Source: the human T2T-CHM13v2.0 reference genome, Homo sapiens. Taken from it: 64,000 nucleotides of DNA. Every line of letters starts with the position of its first letter. Positions within the stretch are counted from its first letter, which is position 1. The stretch is from assembly GCF_009914755.1 (NCBI RefSeq), contig NC_060927.1; one strand, given 5' to 3'. Positions 11,015 through 23,610 of the stretch are shown piece by piece. The position numbers and the translations under genes are program-made. Under the pieces are notes generated by a model. The model worked only from the letters and a program-made list of their open reading frames with translations. It made no database searches and was not told where the DNA came from.

Positions 11015-11248
11015 TAAGGTCTTTCAGCCTCAGCACTATTAACATTTTGGGTCAGATCATTCTTTATCGTGGGGCTGTTCTGTGCATTGTAGGATATTCA
11101 GCAGCACTTCTGGCCTCTGCCCACTAGATGCCAGGAGCACCTCCCCCACCCCCAACAGCTGTGATAACCAAAATTGTCTCCAGATATTGCCAAATGTGCC
11201 CTATTTGAAGGAAGGGCAGCAAAACTGCTCCCAGGATGAGAACTATTG
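11015..11248 (+). mobile_element. MER20 hAT MITE
   Basis: ctcagcactattaacattttgg..ctgtgcattgtagg..cccactagatgcca..tgtctccagatattgccaaatgt. Confidence 0.88.
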
Positions 11249-12023
11249 CTCCAGTATGATCATATCCTCCTTGATTATAAAATTTCTGATGACAGTGAGC
11301 AAGCCATCTTTCTCCCACGATCCTAATTCATAAATTAGCCAAACCCTGAGACACACAAAATATGCTTTAGTCAGTGTCATTTTGCTGCTCAATTATGAGG
11401 CAAAAAATCCTTGCCTCAAGACTAGATGGAATAATCTCATGGCTTATACCAAGAGATCAGACAGGATTTATTTCTGGATGAAACTCAGCTGATAACCCAA
11501 GGCAAGTTATTAATCTGCTCAGCCCAGCCAGCTAGCACCTCATGCCTGTTACTCTGAGTAGATACCAAATAAAACATTATATCAAATTGAGTGGGATAGC
11601 TTCCTGCCCCCCTTCCTTATTTGGATAATTTAACTGGGGATCCTATTCATAATTATTACTGCATCAAAAATTGCAAGATGTTTTAGAATGAAATGCAGTG
11701 AAGCATGGGTAGAAGGGAAGGATGAGTTCTGTGCCTTCCCTGGTTCCAAGATATGGGTGTTATTGGGCATAGGCGCAAAAGCAGCCTCTATAAGCCAAGT
11801 TTTTCCTTCTCTGAGTTAATGTGCCAGCTAAAGGATGCCTACTTTCAAAAGAATGAGAAAGAGAGAGAGATTCCAGCTCACTTTCCAAAACAAACTCTTA
11901 TTTTGGCATGAATAGGTTTGGCAAAGAGAGACATTGCAGGCAGGAAGGCAGGCAGAACTGGGGAAAGGATAAGAGAATAAATGACCATGAGTTAAGATTA
12001 TCTAGGATGGAAGGCTAGGATGA

Positions 12024-12395
12024 TGTTATGGACTGAATGTTTGTATGCCCCAAAATTCATATCTTGCTACCCTAACCCCCAGTGTGTTATTTGAAGGTGG
12101 GACCTTTGGGAGGTAATTAAATTTAAATGAGATCATGAGGGCAGGTCCTCCATGATGGGATTAGTGTTCTTGTAAGAGAAGGAACAGACCAGACAGAGCG
12201 CACTCACTCTCTGCCATTCAAAGACATAGTAAGAAGGTGGCTATCTGCAAACCAGGAAGAGAGCCCTCACCCAGACCCCAACCATGCTGGTACCTTGACC
12301 TTGGACTTCCCAGTCTCCAGAACTGTGAGACATAAATGTGTGTGGCTTAAAGCCACCCTGTCTATGGTATGCTCTTATAGCAACACAAACTAACA
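12024..12395 (+). mobile_element. MaLR solo LTR (MLT1A-like)
   Basis: tgttatggactgaatgtttgt..ctccagaactgtgaga..taaca; perfect 5-bp TSD GATGA. Confidence 0.9.
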
Positions 12396-12959
12396 GATGA
12401 GCAACCAAACCACAGAAATTATATCAAAAGGTAGAAAGATACTAACACATTTGAGCATCAGGGAGTGACCTCCCTCATCAGCACCACAAACACAAGACCT
12501 CTATATAAAATCAGTTTTTTGAGTTATATAAACATGAAAATAATGTGCTAGGTTGAAGACAGGAGCTAGATTCTTACTAGCTATGTGACCATAGACAGGT
12601 TTCTTTGTTGTTTTATTTTTTGTTTGTTTCCATATTAAAATGGCAATAATAATACCTGCCTTGAAATAATATAAGAAAAGAATCAATCATACATATATGA
12701 CATATATGAAAGTACTAGGTGTAAAGGGAAGTCAGTTCCCCTCCTATTCCCAAGTCCCCTCCCATCTAACCTCACCCTGGTCAGTTTAAAATAAGTCAAA
12801 TCTGAACGTTCCAGGTTTAACTAGTCCGTGAGCGTAAATGAAGACATGTGAACATTTATGCCCCATCTAGATAAATCACCAGCCCTTACGTACTCAAGTA
12901 TGAAGACTAGTCCTTGCAGGTGTCTCCTTGTGGTAAATATCTACAAACACTGGTTTTGT

Positions 12960-13481
12960 AAACCCCCCTTCCAGCCCTCATTCTTCTAGTAAGAGCATCT
13001 TGGTTCTCCTTTGAGAAATCACCTCTTTTCTATGCAGTGGGGGCCATTGATACCCCATCTCATACATACATACACACCTGACTCCAGGAGAGAATACTTC
13101 CTTGGGTCTGGCCAATGAATTTCTTAACCAATACCCGCCCCAGACCGAAGTGAATCCATCTCAGAAATCTCAGCAATAGTTAGAACTACTGGGGAGGGAG
13201 AAGCTCACTTTCTGCTGGGATTTGTGGTTGCACATGTAGTATAATCCCAGAGCTCTCAGAGACCACCAGGATGAGAAGGCCTGTATGAAACTAAAAGTCA
13301 CTGCAGAAGAAAGCAGAGGTAAGAGATGGAGAGAGACAGTACAACAATTCCCCTGGATTCAGCTATTCCTGAAGCTAGTAGGTCCCTTGACTTCTTAGGG
13401 ATGTGAGTCATAAATCCCTTTATGTTTAAGCCAGAATAATTAGGTGTCTCTTACTCCCTACAGACAGACTCCTAATAAACA
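12960..13481 (+). mobile_element. Old MaLR LTR (MLT1J/K-like)
   Basis: cctggattcagctattcctgaagctag..ataaatccctttatgtttaagccag 3' motif. Confidence 0.6.
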
Positions 13482-14537
13482 TACCCTCCCTTAAGTCTTT
13501 CTGAAAATTGCCTTGGGGTGAAATTACCTGTGTGTATGAATTAGATTTCCCAGCCAGAGATTCTGTAGCTGCTGTCAAATGCCATCTGAACCATCCCAGG
13601 ACTAATTTGCTTGGTAGGTGTACAGAAGGCCACGCTGCCACCGTCATTTGCATACACCTAGGAGTCTGATCACAGCCATTGTCTTGGAGCTAACTATAAA
13701 GTTGTTTCACTGTCAGCCAAACAAGAAACAATGCCTCAGTCCTCCTGAAACTATTAGAACTAAGCCATACCTTCATAATAGACAGGGATAATCCTTCCCC
13801 ATTTCTTGTGATACTGAGTGAGGAATTCAGGGAGAGTCTAATTTTATCCAGCTGCAAAAGTTCCAGCTGTTAACTTGCTGCTTGAAGTCCCCCAAACATG
13901 AAACATTCAGAGCTAACTCACTCTCTCCCTTTTACCCTAGCCATTTTCTCTTCCAAAAGGCTCAGCCAGCACTTTTACTAAAATAGCACTGGACCAGTTT
14001 TTTCTAATCAGAGAAGTAAAAGAGAAACAGTAGGCAGGAAAAGAAAGCAAGGGAGGTTGAAGTATAAGTGTAGGGTCCGAATGATCTGTTGTCATGATTT
14101 GTGGCAACACAGCATTTAGAAAGGAATGTCACTAATGAGAGGTTTCATTTTATTCACAAATTTTTTCCTGATGTGGAAAACTGTGACTTTCTTTTGCTAG
14201 TTAACTGCAAAATAAACTTTGGAAAACATATTCATAGGAATAATGAATCACTTGGATACTAACCTAATCCATGGCATCGAGATCAGTGCAGATATTTAGG
14301 AATTAGTAATATATTTGGATACATGATTGACACACCAATCTTGCCTTTTTGTATATCTACTTTTCTGTGAGGAGATCTTCTCACAGAGCCATTTTGGCAG
14401 TATGTCTTACTTGGGTATATCTTTTGTTAATTTCTCTACATTTCAATTAAAAAATATTCCATGAGTGTGTAACCATTATTTGAAAATGTCTGCAATGAAG
14501 AAGGAAATAATTTAAAGATGGGTAAGACCAAGATGCC

Positions 14538-15338
14538 TGTAATATTGTAAAACATATTTAGTCTTTGTCCCCATTTCCTGGCATACAACTCGTACAATTT
14601 TTGGAGTCTTCAAACTGATGTGTTTTTTTTGTATGCTAATATTTTGACTGATGGGTTGCAGTCCCCTAGGTAGCTTTAGGATGGGAGCTGGTCACCAAAA
14701 GACCAAGGCAAGATTAGGGGGAAGGGAACGGGGCCCAAAGGTTAAGTTGATCACTAACGGGCAATGGTTTAATCAATCATGCCTATGTAATGAAGTCTCC
14801 TTGAAAGCCCAAAAGGACTAGGTTCAGAGAGCTTCTGGATGGCTTAACACATGGAGGCTGCTTGAGGGTGGTAAGCTCAGGGGGGACCTGAAAGCTCAGC
14901 ACCTCCTCCCTCATATGCACTCCTCATCTGTATCCTTTGCAATACCCTTTATAATAAACCAGTAAGTTTAACTGTTTCCCGGAATTCTGTGAGCTGCTCT
15001 AGGAAATTAAGCCCGAGGAAAGAACCTTGATTTATAGGCAGTTGGTCAGAAGCACAGGTTAAATAACCTGGAGCTTGTGATTGGCATCAGAAGTGCAGGG
15101 CAGTCTTGGGGACTAAGTCCTCAACTTGTGATATTCTGACACTGTCTACCTGGAGATAGTGTCAGAATTGAATTGAATTAGAGAACACCCAGCTAGTGTC
15201 TCCTGCAAAATTGCTTCCTTGCTTGCTTGGTGTGTAGGGAAAAAAAAAGCCCCCACATCTGGTCACAGAAGTCTTCTGTGTTGATTGTTGAGATAATGGG
15301 AAAAGCACTTTGGTTTCGTTTTTATTCCAATATTCTCA
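14538..15338 (+). mobile_element. MER21-type solo LTR
   Basis: tgtaatattgtaaaacatat..gttaagttgatcac..aatcaatcatgcctatgtaatgaag..ctca; perfect 5-bp TSD ATGCC. Confidence 0.88.
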
Positions 15339-16899
15339 ATGCCTTAATAATTTTCTGCTTAAATAATTCCAGCAACATTATTACTCTGTCACTGTTAAAC
15401 CTGTAGGAGCTCAGAGAGTTTGGAATGCTACTTTTGAAATAAAAACATAAAGTGGATTAGATAATGAGCTATATTCTTTCTTAACACCACCTAGTTTTGA
15501 AATTAATAACCTGTTAAGGAGTCTGCCATGTGTCTAGAAACAATAGACTTCACCGGATCCTTTTTTTCTAAATCACTTGCTGTTTTTCCCAAGGCTTCCT
15601 CCAAAGGATTCAAAGCTATCTCTTCCTTCCTCCAAGCTAAATAAAAATGTAGGACCGGGACAGTCCTGTCCTATCAGCCTATGTCTCTTGAAATGTACAT
15701 GTCCCAAGTTCAAGAAAAAACAACCAATGGCAACCATAAACCAACTAGAATGTCTCTGTGCCCCATTTTCAAATCCCAAGAGAATGTGATGGCCAGTGTT
15801 GAGCCAGGGGTCCACCTCTGGTCCAATTAGCTCAGCCAGAGCAGTGACACTATGGATGAGAAACATTGTCATTAATAGCCACAGGGTTATTTTGGAGGTA
15901 ACTCAGATTCACAGATGGCAGCTTAAAAGAAAAGCGTATTTGTGATTCCAAATTCAAACCAAAGCCCACCCCCTACCTTCTTTCTCTTCTATGCTCCATT
16001 GCCATCATTAGCTAATTATAGCCACAGAGCCTACCCCTCTGAATCCTTGCCTGGAGAAAGATTGTTTCTCTTTAAATGGAGCTCAGCCAACAGTTGCTTG
16101 TTCTCATGTAAATTTCATACAAACAGGCCCTGAAACTTAAAAGGATATCTTTAAACCCCATTAAATAACACAGTTCCTTAGCAAGAATTTCTCTTGGGAA
16201 GGGATGTCTTCTATTCAAATGCTATGTTATGACAAGCATGACAGACTTGATGGGGATCTGTTCTGACTCATGACATTGCATAAATTGGGTTAGGTGGAAT
16301 GTGTGCCTGCATTCTAAGAAAAGCTCCTCGGGGCCTCAGCCCTATTATTTTTGTTAATAGCTCTGAATTATGACTATCTCCTCCTAGGAATGATACACCC
16401 CATTTCCACATTGGGTGCGTCATGGAATCTATGTAATACATGATTCCTTACCGGCAAAGCCAAGTGGCCTGCACACATTAAAAACTAATTTACAGTTGTA
16501 CTTCTTCCTCTCCTTCTCTTCTTCCCCTAGGCCAGAGTTGGCCTGCCTCACCACCAGAACTTCAGTTTCTCCCAAATGTGATGAGGTCCCTGCTGTTTCT
16601 AATTTAACTTTTACCAAAGGGAGGAACTCTAGAATGGATTCTGATCCACACTGTATTCCTCAAACTCGATTCACAGGCAACATTTCTTTAGGGGCAAAGG
16701 TTTAACTTGTGCATGTTTTCATCATTATTGGTTATTATCAGAAGTAAAAAATTGGCTCTTTGAGACCATTTTGTGCATACTACAAATTCTTAGCTATAAG
16801 GCAAATCCAGCTCCTTGTGTTATATTCAAGGAAATCTGAAACAGGACATAGTTTGTTGGAAGTTTTACAATCCACTCAAACAGACTTAAGGAAATAAGA

Positions 16900-17370
16900 A
16901 TTTGTTGACTTTTATGAATGAAAATTCCAGCTCCTCCCTCCCATCTGCCCCCATGCAAAGTTAGACCTAAAGATTTGAACATCACTGGGACAGAGTTTCT
17001 CTCCACCACTTAGTTCTGTTTTCCTTAGTGTTGGCTTCACTCTCAGGCAGCTTCCTGTAGCCAGTAAAGATGCCTGGCAGCTACAGGATCACATTTTCCA
17101 AACATTAAGCCAGGAGAAAGGAAGATCTTCTTCTCCAGTAAATCCAATAAAATCCCATAATTTCTACAGGCTTAGTTTCAGTCACTGGGGTGAAAAGACC
17201 AAGGCACTCTGATTGGCCAAACCTAGCTCATAGGTCTGTCATTAGAGCCGGAAAGTGAGATCAACCTACCTGAACTACAGTGCGCGATGCAAGAGATAAG
17301 GTCTTCTCCAAAGGAAAAGCAAGATGCTGTCATAAAAATAAAGGGCAGCATGAACAGCAAAGCCCATTTG
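16900..17370 (-). mobile_element. Old MaLR LTR fragment (MLT1J/K-like)
   Basis: gtgttggcttcactctcaggcagc..ctctgattggcca. Confidence 0.5.
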
Positions 17371-17375
17371 CAATA

Positions 17376-17750
17376 TGTGTTGGTCTGCTTAAGCTGCCAT
17401 AACAAAATACTACAGACTGGTGGCTTAAGCGACGGAAATTTACTTTCCCACAGTTTGAGGCAAGAAGATCAAGGTGACAGGGGGCTTGGTTTCTAGGGAG
17501 GTCTCTGTTCCTGGTTTGCAGATGGCTCCCTTCTCATTGTGTCCTCATATGGCCTCTTTCCTGTGTGCACACACTCTTGAGGTCTCTTCCTCTTTCTTAT
17601 AAGGAAAACAGTCCTATCAGCTAGGACCCCACCCTTATGACCTCATTTAACTTTAATTACCTCCTTCAAGGCCCCATCTTCAAATACAGTCCTATTACAG
17701 GTTATGGCTTCAACTTATGCACCTTAGGGGACAAAATTAAGTTCATAAAT
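17376..17750 (-). mobile_element. MaLR solo LTR (MLT1A-like)
   Basis: gctgccataacaaaatactacagactggtggctta..ccttatgacctcatttaactttaattacctcc. Confidence 0.85.
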
Positions 17751-17981
17751 AGAATGAATAAGTGATATAACAATTAAGGTCATAAAATTAAATAGAATAA
17801 ATAAGTGATATAATCCAGATAATAATTAAAAGCAGGGCTGAGGCTGGAAGTCGCATCATAACTCCTAAAACAATGTTCTCTTTGCCTTATTACCTTTTGA
17901 TCTCCCTCTGTAAATCTTTGACAAGCTTCTTGTTTGGAGCTAGGGATCAGAAGCTGTCCAGGACAGAAAATGAGCCTAGTC

Positions 17982-18207
17982 CAAAGTTCTCAACTTCACC
18001 ACTATTGGCATTTAGGGCCAGACAAATCTTTATTCTTGGGAGATGTGCCATGCATTGTAGGTTGTTTGGCAGCATCCTACCCACCAGATGCCAGCAGCAC
18101 ACCCTTTCCACCCCCACTCTCCCCAAGTGTGAACAATCAAAAATGTCTCCAGACATTGCCAAATGTCACCTGGGGAGTAAAATAGCCCTAGTTTCAAAAC
18201 CATTGGC
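17982..18207 (+). mobile_element. MER20 hAT MITE
   Basis: ttctcaacttcaccactattggcattt..tgcattgtagg..aaaatgtctccagacattgccaaatgtc. Confidence 0.88.
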
Positions 18208-18444
18208 CTAGTTATTTGAGCGTCTTATCTATTATTGTTTTACTACAAAATAGCCTTTCAGTATTCTGTCGCTCGGATTGCTACTACAAGGAATCCTTGT
18301 GCATAAGAATAAATTAGATTCTCAGGGCCCAATTCCAGAGACTATAATTAAGTAGTCATATGTGAAGCCAAAAAATATGCATTTTTGTAAGTCTTTTGAA
18401 ACCAAGCTTCAAAAAGTACTACTGGTCATTTTATCACTAGTTCC

Positions 18445-19660
18445 TTCATTCAAGACGTGATTTACTGAGTGTGTACTATGCCAAGAGTAGTCCTCAAAGC
18501 TGGTACACAAAATCACATCTTTCAAAGAGCTTTCATACTGGAGGAGAAGACAGACAAGAAACATAATAAATAAGTAACAAATAAGTGACAAACCTAATTG
18601 GAAGAAGGGATTGCCAAGAGCAGGAATAAAGTAAATTTGTAAATAGAGTAGACGGAGTTAACCTCAATGATGGAGTCACATATGAGCAGATACATGGAGG
18701 ATTTGAGGAAGTGTGCCATGCATGTTAACTGGGGGAAGAGCATGTCAGAGAGAAAATAGCCCATGAAAAGGCCCTGAGGTGGATGTCCGCCTAACTTATT
18801 CAAGGAGTAGCAAGAAGATGACATGACTGAGTGAGGTAGAGTGAGCAAGAGGAAGAGGAAGATGAGTTGAGAGCTGAGAGGTAATGAGGGCCACATCATG
18901 CAAAATATTATCTAAAATTATCAGGACTTCATACAATGAGGAGCCAGGAAAGAGTTTTGAGCAGAGGCACGACATGATTTAACTGATGTCTGGTTGCTGT
19001 ATTTAGAATACTCAATGGGAGGAAATGAGAAAAAAGAGACCAGTTAGGTGATTATTAGAATTGGCAACAAGGAATTCGTTGGTGACATTGCTGGAAGTAG
19101 TTTCAGTGGAGTCTGGAGGAACACCTGAAAAAACTTGTTGAATAAGTTCGGGGAGAATGTGGAGACCATTAGCATAGATCATTCTTAGAGGAGGTTTGTA
19201 AAAGCAGAGCAGATAAAGGAAGCTTTAGCTGGAGGGAGCAATGGAATCAAGGAAGATTGTTTAAAGGTGGCAGAGAGTGCAACGTGTTCTACACAGCTGG
19301 GAACAATCTAGTAGAGGAGCCAGAATTGATGAAGTAGGGGAAAGAAAGCAGGGAATTAACTGCAGGAGCAGTGTTTTTGAGCAGAGAGGTTGGGCTTTTG
19401 TACATAAGGGAAAGTGTTGCCTTTGGGGAGAAATGTGGCTGGTTCCCCTATGGTGACAAGAAGGAAGACACAGCATATAGACACACCTGCTGAAAGGTAA
19501 GTAGTTGTGGAGATGGGAGTTTGTGGAAGTTCTCTTGTTATTGCTTTAATTGTCTCTGAAGGAAACAGCAAAGTCATCAAAGAATGATGAGCAGAAGGAG
19601 ATGTTAGCATTTTGAGAAGGGAGGAGGTGTCAGGAAGCATGTGGGAGACTGAACCGATGT
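18445..19660 (-). mobile_element. L2 fragment(s)
   Basis: ttcattcaa..atttactgag antisense 3' end; gggggaagagcatgtcag..aaaggccctgagg; gagttttgagcagaggcacgacatgattt. Confidence 0.75.
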
Positions 19661-20098
19661 GTTAATAATGCCAAGCAGCACGGCTGAACACCAGAAGGTG
19701 GGTCAGAGGATAGGAAAATGATGTGATCAAAGCATTTCTGCAGTGTGTGTGTTGGGAGACTACCAGCAGAATGAAGTTGCCAGCACTGGAAGTTGTTTTA
19801 AGGAATGTGTTTAGGACAGACAGACAGGAAGGATGCTAAATCACTGAGTCTTGGTCAGCCTAAGAGAATAGTGGGGAGGACAAACGTAGGCTGGGAGAAT
19901 TGAGAGGCACTCGAGAAAAATGTTTGACCCGAGTTTGATATGGCTCTTGGGCTAGTTCTTAGTCCTCTGGTAAATAGGTCTTTTACTTCTCACTCTCACC
20001 CCACAAAGGTTTTCTTGGGGGAAGACTGCGAGAAGGTCTTTGATAGCCATTGAACCTCTTTGAAGAACAGCTACCATAAATTACCAAATGGTGGTCTA

Positions 20099-20428
<330 letters not shown>

Positions 20429-20884
20429 AGTGGGGATGCTTGTAATATAGTGACTAATATATGTTGAATAACACAGAAGTGAATATTTCCTTCAGCAAAT
20501 AAAATCAGATGGAAATGCATTTTTCCAAAACTATAATTTTCAGAAGAGCACTGAGCCATCCGCTCCTCACCATCCTTGCATAAATGAAGGCCCAACAGGA
20601 TCAATTAAGCTCATTTGTTGACACAGCCTATTAAAATACCTCCAGGCCTCTAGGAAAAAAAAATGAGCCCAGAATGCACTGTGCACAAAGCAAAAACTGA
20701 TGGAGGAAAATAGATTAGCAAATGAAACTGAATCTGAGAGGCAAGACTAGAGGTTGAAAGGACTTAATTTGAAAATTGTATATAATTTTAGCATAAAATT
20801 ATGCTAAAAAGAGGGCTGCCATTCTGTGTGTTCACTTATGTGCTTTTTAAAAAGTACTTTTCTTAGTTCACACCTTATAATGCA

Positions 20885-21180
20885 TATGTCTAAATAAGTA
20901 TTGTTTCCTTCAAAATAGTTGTCTTTGAAGTTTGGCCCTTGTTCTAGCAATGTTCACAGGAGGTGGTGTCAGAACTCATGGAGCATCCTTTTGCACATGC
21001 CAGTATTATCCCATTTCCATCTGGGAGGATTTAGCTTTCATAAGAAGCCACAGGTTGTTTAGAATCAAAGCTTCCAAATAACACGGCTGATCCAGATAAG
21101 CGATTTGGGTTTCTAACAAGAAGAGGCCTGATTTTCCAATGTGGCATGTAAATTTACAGACAATTTGCAAAGTTGAGATG
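20885..21180. mobile_element. Possible old mariner-like (MARNA-like) fragment
   Basis: ttccttcaaaatagttgtctttgaag..gaggatttagctttcataagaagcca only loosely matches the recalled consensus. Confidence 0.3.
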
Positions 21181-21309
21181 AGAGGAAAATCATTTCAAAG
21201 ACGGGCTATATCACTAGAATATACTTGTAACCCCCTACAAGTAAATTTTCCCTAATTAGAAATAGCTTTATATTTTTCTACTTATGATCAACAATTTATA
21301 CAGACAAAA

Positions 21310-21620
21310 ACTGTATTTAATCCCACTGCCAAGAAGTACCTATGACTGATATTTTTGTATATTTTTTAAAGTTTGCTTGTACTTGTAGAGTTTGAAATGT
21401 TGAGAATTTGAGGAGGAATGGGATTATGCTATATAACAATTTTATTTTGTCATTTACTTAAATGGGTATCATTCTGTATCAAATATGGAATCATTTTTAA
21501 TGGCTGCTTGGTGTCATGTTGTAGAAGGGTTTCATAATTTATTTAACCAGCCCCCTTCTCATGGGCATATATGTGACGTTCACTTTTTTGCTATTATCAA
21601 TAACAAAACTATGCATGTTG
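21310..21620 (-). mobile_element. Old L1M 3' fragment
   Basis: tcatttttaatggctgc..cataatttatttaaccag..ttttttgctattatcaataa. Confidence 0.65.
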
Positions 21621-22334
21621 TTGTCATTCACAATTCTCTTATTTACAGAAAGGCCTGAACTTGTTCTTCCCACTTCCTAATCCTCCCTCAGTCTTTCTCT
21701 TGAGTTAATATGCTTTTGAACGATGTCTAACTTAAGGGGTTTCCATGGTCATCATTTTTTGAACCACAAAGAAGGCAAAGTTCAAATAAGAATGTTCTAC
21801 TCCATCGCTGCTCCTGATGTAGATGCTAGGGATCCTGATCTTAATGTTGTTCTGTTGGCCAGGAGAGGACAAATTCAATTATTGCCTGTTGGCTAGACCA
21901 CAGCTCTAGGCAGCCATCCCCATGGGAACCCGGAGGACAAAATGAACATTCAGTTATAGGTCACTGTGATGCCGCAGTGCTCTCAGCTCACATAATATGG
22001 TGATACAGTCAGTCAGAGAAGGAATAGAGGGACCTATTTATGAATTATCTAATCCATCCTCTGCATTCTATAAGCATAATGGCTAAGTTCCGGGAAGGTG
22101 AAGTTGCCTGCCCAAGGTTGTATGGCCACCTGGGAGACAATGTAAAGCCCCCACATCATTGAACAGGAGATCCAGAGTTACACCTTGACTGGGCCTTCTG
22201 GGACCCTAAAACTGCGTTCTATGAGCACCTGAGTCAAACTAATTAGTCAAAATGGGGTCATAATACCTATGTGAGACGATGGTGGTGAAATCCATGAAAC
22301 GGTAAGTTCTCAACACAGTTATTTTCCAGAATTA

Positions 22335-22575
22335 GTAAAAAAGTAGCATAGTATTAGTAGTAGTGTTATTGTTGTCATTGTAGCTATTACCATTGTGGCT
22401 ATGTGGTAGCAATGGTAGTTGTTATTGCATTGTAAGAGCAGTTGTAGAGAAGAGGCCAGGAGAGGACTCTGGTAGTGGTAGTAGCAGTTCTTCTAGTAGA
22501 AATAGGCACTGTTTTGTGGTGTTGTTGGTGTTGCAGTTGCCATAGCTGTTACAGCGATAGCTGCTGACATGGTAG
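22335..22575. repeat. Degenerate trinucleotide low-complexity tract (TAG/TGG/TTG/CAG)
   Basis: tagtagtagtgttattgttgtc..ggtagtggtagtagcag..ggtgttgttggtgttgcag. Confidence 0.75.
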
Positions 22576-23484
22576 AATTCAGGCAGAAGGAAGGCAAGAT
22601 GAGTATTTCCTTTATTTTACCTATCTTACTAAAGCTCCTAATTCATTATTTTGAACCCCAGGTAAAAGGCAGAATTCAGTCTGAGATGTACACATCCTTG
22701 TGTGCTTCTATGAGGATACTAATCCTCATTGTTTCCTGCGATGCAAGAAAGCACAAAGTCATCTACTTCTAGTTCACACCACAGCCTCATTTGCCTCTGA
22801 CCCCAGGGAAACTCAGTTGTTTGGTTAAAGCTATAGGAGAGGCCAAATGTTTAAATACTGAAGTAAATATAATGTTTATCACAGTCACGTTTTTAATTTC
22901 TTTTTTCTACTTGCTTTCTTGACAAAATGAGTTCCTTTTGCTAAGTGTGTGGCTTTAAAATTTTAATGGAGAGGGAGAAGAGAAATGTGTCTATGTGTAG
23001 GCAATCACAATTCTCATGAATATAACAAGTGGATCCTATCCAAGGTTACATCTTCAAATCTTGTGTATGGATTTATTCATTGACTCCCTACAGGATTAAC
23101 GGGAATCACACTGATAAATTACAACCCATAACATTTTTTTCAAATTAAGGGCCAGACATCTGCTAAGGATGCTCAAAATCAAATTAATTTTTTTCCTATG
23201 TTCATATTCAGATATTCTGAAAGAGAAAATAATTATCTAACCTTACAAGAAGGCCTGCAGAACCAGCAAGCAACCCTTTCTGTTGGAATGCTCTATCTAG
23301 TCTGTGCTTCCTTCAATTCATCTGAAGGTCATTTTAAAAATTCAACATCCAAAATGGTCTTAAGAAATAGCCATGATTTACACGATGGTGCGAATGTTTA
23401 TTTAATGCATGTTATGTGCCCCACACAGTGCTAGGGGTCTTCTCTTATGCTGTTGCATCAACCTATGAGACTGGTTCAATGAGA

Positions 23485-23610
23485 GGGTACCATTGGCATC
23501 TGGTGGGTGGAAATCAGGGATGCTCCTACACACCCTACCATGCTCAGGACAGCTCCCACAATAAAGAATTATTCGGCTCAACATGTTAACAGTACTGAAG
23601 GTGAGAAATA
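23485..23610 (-). mobile_element. MER20 fragment
   Basis: ggcatctggtgggtggaaatcagggatgc..aggacagctcccacaataaagaattat..gtactgaaggtgagaaa. Confidence 0.8.
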
